NCBI GenBank assembly: GCA_016187125.1
Contig: JACPKF010000006.1
Location: forward strand, 1 to 58,078
Origin: Candidatus Saccharimonadota bacterium
Lineage (GTDB): Bacteria > Patescibacteriota > Saccharimonadia > Saccharimonadales > UBA10212
Reading direction: 5' to 3'
Length of the DNA: 58,078 nt
How positions within the stretch are numbered: position 1 is the first letter of the stretch; every line of letters starts with the position of its first letter. A program made the position numbers and the translations under genes. Below the pieces are notes generated by a model. The model worked only from the letters and a program-made list of their open reading frames with translations. It was not told the origin of the DNA and ran no database searches. This document shows positions 27,800-35,629 of this stretch, in pieces.

Positions 27800-28397
27800 C
27801 GAAGTATGCTAAAACCTCCGGCCAGTCTTTGGTCCGGGTTATGTTTTTAGGCAACGGACCTTCCATCTGATTCCATTTATAATCACCGAATAAAATAGTT
27901 TTGATACCGGCTCTAGCGGCTGCGCTACAGTGTTTCAGCTGGTCGTCTATCAGATAATCAGCCCCGACTTCCTGACATAGTTCAGTTTTAGTCATCTTAA
28001 GTCGTTCAAGTACAGAAATATTCTCCATATCCCACATTTTGGCAAAATGAATTTCCGTAAACACCGCCGGGAATTCTTGGTTAATCCATTCCAGAGTATC
28101 AGCTTGCACGTGAGAACTTCTTGAGCTGACAACTACAAGCCTATAGCTCTTAGCTAGTTGCTTAAGAATTGGCTTTGCTTCATCAAAGAGACGGTATTTT
28201 GTAAATAACTTCTCACCGTGCATGATTTGCCTTCTTTTTTTAACTTCATCAAAGTCAATACCCCACATTTCGGCCCAGTGTTCGGTATAGTCATCTGATC
28301 TTAGATTAGTCCCCCACCGTTTATTACTAAATTTTAAGAAGCCATCAGCACTAGCCGCTAGAACATCATCAATATCTATGGCGATAGTCTTTTTCAT
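27786..28397 (-). CDS. HAD-superfamily 5'(3')-deoxyribonucleotidase-like hydrolase
   Basis: HAD motif I is IAIDIDDVLA and the C-terminal region has YLIDD. Confidence 0.7.
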   Translation of the reverse strand: MKKTIAIDIDDVLAASADGFLKFSNKRWGTNLRSDDYTEHWAEMWGIDFDEVKKRRQIMHGEKLFTKYRLFDEAKPILKQLAKSYRLVVVSSRSSHVQADTLEWINQEFPAVFTEIHFAKMWDMENISVLERLKMTKTELCQEVGADYLIDDQLKHCSAAARAGIKTILFGDYKWNQMEGPLPKNITRTKDWPEVLAYFDGQS

Positions 28398-28406
28398 AGT
28401 GCCTAG

Positions 28407-29651
28407 TCACTTACTACGAGATGAGGCTTGCTCAGCTATTTTAGCCAGAAAATCGTCGATAGCCATAGCTTGAGCCGGCTGTTTGCCCAAGTCGGAACGC
28501 ACCCGCGGCACTATTTTTTTAGAATCGAGTTCCTTTTGACCAATAACTACTGCGTAAGGCACCTTCATAACCTCGACGTTGCGGATCTTTTTGCCAACCG
28601 ATTCATTACTGTCATCGAGCTCTGCTCTAATACCTAACTGCTTAGCACTTTCTACAACGTTTTTGGCCATTTTTAAGATAGATTCTTCGTCATTCAGTGT
28701 CATAATCCGCAATTGCTCAGGGGCTAGCCATAGTGGAAATTTTCCGCTGGTATGTTCGATATAGATGGCCAGGAATCTTTCGATAGATCCCAGCAGTGCA
28801 CAGTGAATCATTACCGGTCGCTGCTCATGACCTTTTTCATCTATGTATGACAGTTTAAATCGTTCTGGTTGGACAAAATCAAGCTGAACGGTTGCTAACT
28901 GCCACTCCCGGCCCAGTACATCTATGGCGATAAAGTCTATCTTAGGACCATAAAAGGCAGCATCGCCGGGAGCTACAGAATATGCCAGTTTTTCGGCTTT
29001 TGCTACTTGTTCCATAATTTTTTGGGCTTTATCCCATAGCTCAGATGATCCCAAATAACCCTTCCCTTTATCTCTAAATGACAGTCGGAATTTAAGCCCC
29101 ATGCCTATGGTTTCATAAGTTTCTTGAGCGGCTTCAATTAACTCCTTGACTGAGTTTTCGATTTGGTCGGGCCGGCAAAAAACATGGCTGTCATCCATAC
29201 TGATAGAACGGACTCTAGCTAAACCCTGTAGTTCTCCGCTTTTCTCGTCTCGGTAAACTGTGGCTGTTTCGAGGTACTTAAATGGTAATTCTCGGTAGCT
29301 GCGGGGTCTAGAGGCGTATATCTGGGTATGGTGGGGGCAATTCATCGGTTTTAGGACTAATTGGTCTTTTGTTTCCTGGCTTTTTACCAAAAAAAGCTCT
29401 GCGCCAAATTTATCCCAATGACCTGAGGTCTTATAGAGATCCGTCTTAGTTATATGAGGCGTCCATACCTTGCTAAAGCCTCTTCTCTCTCTGAGTTCAT
29501 TAGAATAGGCCATTAACTGCTCCCGTAGAACAGTTCCACGCTGTGTCAACATCGGCAAACCCGATCCCACTAGTTCACTCGTGACAAATAGGTCAAGTTC
29601 CTGGCCTAGCTTACGGTGATCGTTGTCATCCAATTTTTGCGGCTCATCCAT
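28407..29651 (-). CDS. thrS: Threonine--tRNA ligase, short form without TGS and editing domains
   Basis: It contains DHRKLGQELDLF, class II motif 2 YRDEKSGELQGLARVRSISMDDSHVF, motif 3 GSIERFLAIYIEH, and an anticodon-binding C-terminus. The start is placed at ATGGATGAGCCG, while the listed ORF starts at 29666. Confidence 0.93.
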   Translation of the reverse strand: MDEPQKLDDNDHRKLGQELDLFVTSELVGSGLPMLTQRGTVLREQLMAYSNELRERRGFSKVWTPHITKTDLYKTSGHWDKFGAELFLVKSQETKDQLVLKPMNCPHHTQIYASRPRSYRELPFKYLETATVYRDEKSGELQGLARVRSISMDDSHVFCRPDQIENSVKELIEAAQETYETIGMGLKFRLSFRDKGKGYLGSSELWDKAQKIMEQVAKAEKLAYSVAPGDAAFYGPKIDFIAIDVLGREWQLATVQLDFVQPERFKLSYIDEKGHEQRPVMIHCALLGSIERFLAIYIEHTSGKFPLWLAPEQLRIMTLNDEESILKMAKNVVESAKQLGIRAELDDSNESVGKKIRNVEVMKVPYAVVIGQKELDSKKIVPRVRSDLGKQPAQAMAIDDFLAKIAEQASSRSK

Positions 29652-29762
29652 CCCGTTAGATCTCACTTAACTTTCTAATATATTAGTTAATGCCTGAAAA
29701 GCGCTCACGTGTTCAATCGTGCAACTATTTACGGTCGTCTTCTGAGATCTAACGGGATCCAT
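29646..29762. mobile_element. CCCGTTAGA palindromic element, copy 2, inserted directly behind the thrS start codon
   Basis: ATCCAT-CCCGTTAGATCTCA, then 77 nt, then TGAGATCTAACGGG-ATCCAT. The arms are a perfect 14 bp. Confidence 0.75.
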
Positions 29763-30167
29763 AATTCACTCCATCATAACACCTGTAATGAGACAAAACC
29801 TAGGTTTTTTCTTTATCGTTTATTGGCCAAGCCAAGCTCAAAAGAGTAAATTTACGATTTTTTTGACCAATAAATGCCCTAGTTCAACAAAAAACTGGCT
29901 TGAGCAGCCTCGCAATGCTGTTCAAGCCAGTTTATGTGATGCTTTAACACATCGGCAAAACTCAACCTACGAAAGAGTATATATACGCTAGCCATAAAAT
30001 GCTAGTACTTTTTTGTTAGTTTATCCACAGCTGTGGATTAGTATCTTTTATACCATATATGATAGCCCTGCAGCAAAGTCTTGCCTACTCTATATCACAT
30101 AAGGTAAGTTCCGCGACGCTACAGTTGGAATCCCGATCGAGGCACGGGGAGTTATAATATTTATTAA

Positions 30168-30243
30168 GGGCAATTAGCGCAGGGGCTAGCGCGCTTCGTT
30201 GACATCGAAGAGGTCACAGGTTCAAATCCTGTATTGCCCACCA
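30168..30243 (+). tRNA. tRNA-Val (GAC), CCA encoded
   Basis: GGGCAAT..CTTCG-TTGACAT-CGAAG..ACAGG-TTCAAAT-CCTGT-ATTGCCC-ACCA. Confidence 0.93.
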
Positions 30244-30274
30244 ATGTAAATACGGTTGACAGGTCACGGGTCTA

Positions 30275-30346
30275 CCCCGCACCAAACCCTGAGCGGAGCA
30301 GTCCGCCTGCGGCGGATTACGGAGCTTCAAGATTTTGGTGCGCGAG
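30275..30346. repeat. CCCCGC... long hairpin, copy 3, downstream of tRNA-Val
   Basis: CCCCGCACCAAACCCTGAGCGGAGCAGTCCGC...TTCAAGATTTTGGTGCGCG. Confidence 0.6.
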
Positions 30347-30466
30347 TTCAAGTTTTGTACCGACCACCGTCCTTTTTCTTTATAAGCAAGAGCACTATGC
30401 TTTTTGGCTATTCCCTGTTATATTAGCTTCACTTTGGGAAAGCAAACACCGGTTTTTGAAGTAGAA

Positions 30467-31555
30467 ATGGTGGGCTTTGGACAAAAGTTACCCCGAGAGC
30501 GCTATTCTAACCGGCGTCTTATAAGAGAATTTGGGTTAGACTCAACACCCAAGGAGACTTATGAACTCACGGGTATGAGGTTTCGTTACTTATGCACCGG
30601 AGATGAAAATGTCGTAACTTTAGGAGCCGAAGCCGGACTACGAGCTCTTAGATACGCAGGGATTAAAGCGCCTGCAGAAATTGATTATCTTTTTGTGGCC
30701 AGTTCCACAGCCGATACTTATAGGCCTATCAACGGTGCCCATCCAGGTATTCATAAGCTATTAAATGAAAAGGGTTACCACGCCGTAGCCAGCGATGATC
30801 GCAATCTAGCCTGCACCGGACTAGTAAATGCGTTAGAAGCTGGCTATAAAAGATTCAATACTGACGGCATTGATCTTGCATTAGTTATTGGTACTGAAGC
30901 ATTATCAAAAAAAATAGGCTTTTTTGACAAATCTCCAGAAACTATAGATGCCCTTGAAGCCGCCTATGAAACCGCTAGGGATGAAGAAAGAGGAATAGAC
31001 ACGGATTTAGCTGTGGCTATCGAAGCTCTGTTATCAGGATACACAGGGAAAATAGACAGGGGGACAGCCAGTGTCTTAGGCGATGGCGGTGGAGCAGTTG
31101 TCTTAGCGCGTCAGCCTGGTAGTGAAAGCGGTATGCACGGTTGGTGGCAGGAAACCGATAGTAGCCAAGAGGAAATTCTCTATGCTAATTCTGGAGAGTA
31201 CGTATATATGAATGGCCGTGAAGTGCTAAAGGTAGCTAGGAGAGTGATGGTACAAATTGGAAACGCCGCACTAGAAAAAGCTAATGAGAATACCGGTTTC
31301 AAAAGAGAACAAATCAACTGGGTAGTTCCCCACCAAGCCAACATTAGAATTATTGAATATGCCAACGAAAAACTTGGTTTTAGAAGAGACCAGTTAGTAG
31401 TTGACTTAGACAGGCACGGCAATACCTCTACTGCCTCTATTCCTCTCGCCTTACTACGAGCTGTTAGAGATGGCAGAATTAAGAAAGGAGATAACATACT
31501 AATGCCTAGTTTTGGCGGTGGAATGACCTACGAAGCATTAGTATTAACCGTTTAA
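30467..31555 (+). CDS. 3-oxoacyl-ACP synthase III (FabH)-like condensing enzyme with an internal insertion
   Basis: The Cys-His-Asn triad contexts are NLACTGLVNALE, VPHQANIRII and HGNTSTASIP. The ATG at 30467 is preferred over the TTG at 30404. Confidence 0.85.
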   Translation: MVGFGQKLPRERYSNRRLIREFGLDSTPKETYELTGMRFRYLCTGDENVVTLGAEAGLRALRYAGIKAPAEIDYLFVASSTADTYRPINGAHPGIHKLLNEKGYHAVASDDRNLACTGLVNALEAGYKRFNTDGIDLALVIGTEALSKKIGFFDKSPETIDALEAAYETARDEERGIDTDLAVAIEALLSGYTGKIDRGTASVLGDGGGAVVLARQPGSESGMHGWWQETDSSQEEILYANSGEYVYMNGREVLKVARRVMVQIGNAALEKANENTGFKREQINWVVPHQANIRIIEYANEKLGFRRDQLVVDLDRHGNTSTASIPLALLRAVRDGRIKKGDNILMPSFGGGMTYEALVLTV

Positions 31556-31556
31556 T

Positions 31557-32978
31557 ATGAGCGAAAGAAACACAGTTATAACCGGCGTCGGGGCGATTAC
31601 TCCGCTTGGCCGGACCTATCGAGAAACTATGGATGCGGCTTGGCAAGGGCAAATAGGTATAAGCTATCAGGAGGCTTGGCTCGCCGAGCAGGCCCAGCCC
31701 GACTGGCTAATCAAAATTCATGAAGCAATTGAGGAAGCTGCTCAATCGACTCGCTCTAAAAAAACTAGAGAACTGCTGCTAGGCGTAGAAACCGAAAATG
31801 GCCATAGAGGCGGTCTTATAAATATGCTACCGGGCTATCAAAGACTTAGATCCAAGGTAGCTGGCCGGATAATCGGCTACAATTTAATTGAAGATCCTGA
31901 TTATCCTTTCGCTGATTTGATTCCTGCCAGATCTGTTCCCCGCGAATTTACGCCTTCCGGTAGTTTAGGTCTTCGGGCGGCGGCCGAAGCCGCCACAAAG
32001 GCCGCCATAGTTGATGAAAATTTAAAACCGCTGGTCGATACTTCACGATATTCAGTCGTAGTTGGCAGCGGTATCGGCGGCGCCATTAAGTTAGCCGAAG
32101 GCGCTTATAAGATATTAAGGAATATTCGGCCGTCTTCGACCGACATGTTCCAAATGATGCCGGAAAGCCCGGTAATAACGATTGCTGATGTCATGGGTGC
32201 CGAGGGTGGGCACTATTTAATACCGAAAGCCTGCTCTAGTAGTATCGCCGCCCTTATACAAGCCCATCGGCAAATCAAGCTCGATGAAGCCGATGTTGTT
32301 CTGGCCGGCGGTATAGAAGCACTTAATTACTACACCTTAGTCGAGTTTGAAGCCACCGGGGCAGCATACGAAGGCAGTGATTCGAAACGTGCTTCCCTCC
32401 CATTCAATCCGGCCCGTGAGGGCGCGGTCATATCCGAGGGGTCGGTTTTCTTTGTACTTGAGGACGAAAAATATGCTAGGAATCGCGGCGCTGTCATTCT
32501 AGCTAGACTCACCGGCTACGGGGAAGCCGGTGGTCCTGGTGAGCGTACTGAACTTAGCCCCAAGCATCTCTTCAACGCTGTAGAACTCTCCCTCAAAAGA
32601 AGCAATTGGGAACCGTCCGATCCAACAGCTTATGGGGCCCACGCCACGGCCACCAAACGCGGCGACCCCGGAGAAATCAAGGTCGTAAATTGGCTTGATG
32701 CAAAGCTTGGCGTTGATTTAGAAAGTAGAGTTATGGCCACCAAGGGTAGAGCCGGACATATGCTTGGCAATGCTGGCGCTATGGCCGCGGCAGAGATGCT
32801 TGAGGCCTTAGATACTCAAAGTTTGCCGCCGGCCGTTGGCAGTGAGGAGGTTGAAGACGATATGGAAAAATATATAACTAGCGCCACTGAAGTCACCGAG
32901 CGTGAGATTAAGAAAGGCATCGTTGTTGGCGCTGGTTTTGGTAATCAGAACGCCGCTATAGTGCTTGAGGCTTATTAA
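31557..32978 (+). CDS. Beta-ketoacyl synthase (KAS I/II or PKS KS-type)
   Basis: Active-site Cys in PKACSSSIAAL, His contexts in AHATATKRGD and KGRAGHMLGNAG. Confidence 0.85.
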   Translation: MSERNTVITGVGAITPLGRTYRETMDAAWQGQIGISYQEAWLAEQAQPDWLIKIHEAIEEAAQSTRSKKTRELLLGVETENGHRGGLINMLPGYQRLRSKVAGRIIGYNLIEDPDYPFADLIPARSVPREFTPSGSLGLRAAAEAATKAAIVDENLKPLVDTSRYSVVVGSGIGGAIKLAEGAYKILRNIRPSSTDMFQMMPESPVITIADVMGAEGGHYLIPKACSSSIAALIQAHRQIKLDEADVVLAGGIEALNYYTLVEFEATGAAYEGSDSKRASLPFNPAREGAVISEGSVFFVLEDEKYARNRGAVILARLTGYGEAGGPGERTELSPKHLFNAVELSLKRSNWEPSDPTAYGAHATATKRGDPGEIKVVNWLDAKLGVDLESRVMATKGRAGHMLGNAGAMAAAEMLEALDTQSLPPAVGSEEVEDDMEKYITSATEVTEREIKKGIVVGAGFGNQNAAIVLEAY

Positions 32979-33127
32979 GAAGCCGCTTAACGCTAGTCGG
33001 GCCGGTCGGAGCCACCTTCGCTTATAAATCTTTCTTGGTCTAAATCCGGTGCCAGAATTTCGCGCATTTTCGGTTTTGGCGGCAAAAATAGGGTTATTAT
33101 CCTCGGCAAGTTAGGCCAAGAAGCTAC

Positions 33128-34366
33128 TTAATTTCTGTAGTCTTCCGTAAGGCGGGCCAGGTGTCGCAGATTATGTAATGAGGCAAGTGAACCAGCTAAC
33201 GGGTCGCCTACTTTAAACAGATGGCGCAAGAAGGCACGGCTGTAGCCGGCTTGGCAGGTCTGGCAATCGCAAGTTTTGTCTACCCCAGTGGAACCGGCTT
33301 TGCCGTTCGCCGTAGGCGAAGTTCCACGGAGTAGACCCCGTGAAATTTCGCTTTCAGCGGACGGATTTGATTCATCAAATTCGATTTCACCAGGGTCTAT
33401 AGGCCTTGGATCATCCTTATACTTTTCGTTGAGTAAGTTTATACGCCTATCGCCGTCTATCCAAACCTGCCCATGTCTGCCGTTTCTCGTGGGAAGGACG
33501 CAATCAAACATATCAATGCCATGTTCAATAGCCAGTCGCATGTCCTTTGGTTCCCCCACCCCCATCAGATAGCGAACACGGCTGGTATCGTATTGCGGCG
33601 CCAAAAATTTCAGCATATCGTACATTTCAGGCCTACTCTCGCCAACCGCCAACCCGCCAATGGCTATTCCATCAACAGATTGAGACTGGACGAAGTCCAG
33701 ACTTTTTTTGCGTAATTTTTTATCTAACCCGCCTTGCACGATGCCAAACAACAGCGGCCTCTTTCTGTGATAGGTTAAACCTATCACACTAATGCTTACA
33801 AGGCGGTTGAATTCGGTGATACAGCGCAACAGCCAGCGATGAGTGCGCTCTACAGCCTCGCGGGTTCTGGGACGATCTTGCAAAGACAGTCCGGTCAGAT
33901 CGTCAAAGGCCAAAATAATATCAGAGCCCAAATCAAACTGTATTTGCATTGATTTTTCGGGACTAATCAACACCTCCTTGCCGCTAGCCGGATCTTTAAA
34001 TAAAACCCCTTCCTCGGAGATTTTACGGACATTGGACAGCGAAAAAACCTGAAAGCCGCCGGAGTCTGTCAAAATCGGTCCTTCCCAGCTACTAAAATTA
34101 TGTAGTCCACCGAGTTTTTTTATCAGTTTCTCGCCTGGCTGGACATGCAAATGATAAGCGTTGGCCAGCATAACCTGGATACCGGTAGCTTTAAGATCTT
34201 CCGGTTTCAGGCCTTTGACTACGCCGCGGCTGCCGCACGGCATAAAAAAGGGTGTTTTAACACTACCACGCCTAGTTCTTAGTGTTCCGCTGCGAGCTCC
34301 CAATCTAGATTTAGTTAGCTGACGAAAGTAGTTGCTGTTCACCCTCCGGTAATTGTAGCCCAGCAC
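33128..34366 (-). CDS. tgt: Queuine tRNA-ribosyltransferase with a ~40-aa insertion before the zinc motif
   Basis: LTDSGGFQVFSL, LFGIVQGG, GLAVGE, and CDCQTC...H. Confidence 0.93.
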   Translation of the reverse strand: MLGYNYRRVNSNYFRQLTKSRLGARSGTLRTRRGSVKTPFFMPCGSRGVVKGLKPEDLKATGIQVMLANAYHLHVQPGEKLIKKLGGLHNFSSWEGPILTDSGGFQVFSLSNVRKISEEGVLFKDPASGKEVLISPEKSMQIQFDLGSDIILAFDDLTGLSLQDRPRTREAVERTHRWLLRCITEFNRLVSISVIGLTYHRKRPLLFGIVQGGLDKKLRKKSLDFVQSQSVDGIAIGGLAVGESRPEMYDMLKFLAPQYDTSRVRYLMGVGEPKDMRLAIEHGIDMFDCVLPTRNGRHGQVWIDGDRRINLLNEKYKDDPRPIDPGEIEFDESNPSAESEISRGLLRGTSPTANGKAGSTGVDKTCDCQTCQAGYSRAFLRHLFKVGDPLAGSLASLHNLRHLARLTEDYRN

Positions 34367-34487
34367 CTAGGTCTGAGACTAGCCATTTTCTAGTGCCTAC
34401 TTGCGAAGCATTCAGCCCTAAGTGTTGGGTAGCAAAAAATGAGGCAGAACAGATTGAAAACATAAGCATTTACTAGTCTAGGATATA

Positions 34488-34516
34488 TTGACAATAATAT
34501 GTCAACACGTTAGAAT
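34488..34516 (+). promoter_or_regulatory. Near-consensus promoter of an orphan short unit
   Basis: TTGACA, a 17-nt spacer, then TAGAAT. Confidence 0.6.
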
Positions 34517-34541
34517 ATTTAGGTTAATCAGAGAGATTTTT

Positions 34542-34661
34542 GTGAGTGCCAAAAAAGGTAGCCCACTAGAGAATTTTAAGCTTTTTTACGAAGAGATAGC
34601 CAGGCCCAAGCGTGCGCAGTCGCGGATTCGCCGCCTGCGAACCAGTATTCTCAGCAATTAA
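34542..34661 (+). CDS. Candidate 39-aa Arg-rich small protein (or sRNA body)
   Basis: A GTG-start ORF encoding VSAKKGSPLENFKLFYEEIARPKRAQSRIRRLRTSILSN lies between a strong promoter and a terminator. Confidence 0.3.
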   Translation: MSAKKGSPLENFKLFYEEIARPKRAQSRIRRLRTSILSN

Positions 34662-34680
34662 ACAAACAGTTCAGACAGCC

Positions 34681-34716
34681 AGAGCCGGACAATCAATGTC
34701 CGGCTCTTTTATTTAT
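34681..34716 (+). terminator. Intrinsic terminator
   Basis: AGAGCCGGAC-AATCAAT-GTCCGGCTCT followed by TTTTATTTAT. Confidence 0.7.
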
Positions 34717-34789
34717 CCCCGGAAAATTTCTCTTATCCACTAGCTTTTTGCCTACCGTTATGACAACATGTTGACATGGTTAGGCATAA

Positions 34790-34920
34790 AGCCGTTCACA
34801 ATTTACCATTCACTGTTTACCATGCATTTTCAATTAACCGTTATCAGTTCACCATGGATAACGGAAAACGGATCAAGGATAATGCACAGAAAACGGAAAA
34901 GGGTTAAAGGTAAATGCAGA
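34790..34920. repeat. ACCATTCAC...ATGGATAACGGAAAACGGAT element, copy 2, directly upstream of nrdR
   Basis: It shares TTTACCATTCAC, ATGGATAACGGAAAACGGAT and AATGCAC with 851-963 and 37225-37355. Confidence 0.7.
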
Positions 34921-34921
34921 A

Positions 34922-35359
34922 GTGAAATGTATATATTGTGGTGGTGAAACTGAAGTCACTAACAGTCGAGCACAAAAACGCAGTAATCAGATATGGCGAC
35001 GCAGGCAGTGCCTGCACTGCAAGAGCATTTTTACGACTCACGAGGCCATTGAGCTAAGCAGTTCCCTATTTGTAGAGGCTAAGGGCTCGCCTAAGCCCTT
35101 TTTAACCGATCTTTTGTTTACAGAGGTGCTTTTAGCGCTCCAGGATCGGAAAAACTGTTATGTAGAAGCTCGTGAGATTACCTCAACCGTTATACGCCAA
35201 CTCTTGAGCTTACCCGATAAGCCACTGCTCAAACCGCACCAGATAAGCGAAGTTACAGCTAATGTCCTAAAACATTTTAACCGACGAGCTTGGTTGCGCT
35301 ACGTGGCTGAACACGACTCTTTACAAGGCCCGGCCTTGCAAAGAGTCGCTAGGCTCTAG
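34922..35359 (+). CDS. nrdR: Transcriptional repressor NrdR
   Basis: Zinc ribbon CIYCGG...CLHCKSIFTTHE, followed by an ATP-cone-like remainder. Confidence 0.9.
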   Translation: MKCIYCGGETEVTNSRAQKRSNQIWRRRQCLHCKSIFTTHEAIELSSSLFVEAKGSPKPFLTDLLFTEVLLALQDRKNCYVEAREITSTVIRQLLSLPDKPLLKPHQISEVTANVLKHFNRRAWLRYVAEHDSLQGPALQRVARL

Positions 35360-35629
35360 TTGTTAAGTCGCTAGTCTCGAATTTTCATCAAAATGGTTAT
35401 AAGTTATTATGTCAGTCCCAGAAGCACACGCTTGAGCACAGTTCAAGGAAGTTACGCGCAATTAGGCTAGAGCGACACACTCGAATAAAGCGCACGGCGC
35501 CAGCGAGGATCGAACCGAGGTGTATAAATAATACATCGAGGGAGAACCGGGGCTGGCAACAAAGCGATTTGCCGAGAACCTGACGGTGTGTCCAGCTTTG
35601 CTGGACGGCAGGTCAGGCGGTGTGTAGCT

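Noticed and set aside
29770-30167. Chromosomal origin (oriC).
   Set aside because: Only one palindromic DnaA-box pair is present. There is no box cluster and no dnaA or dnaN neighbour.
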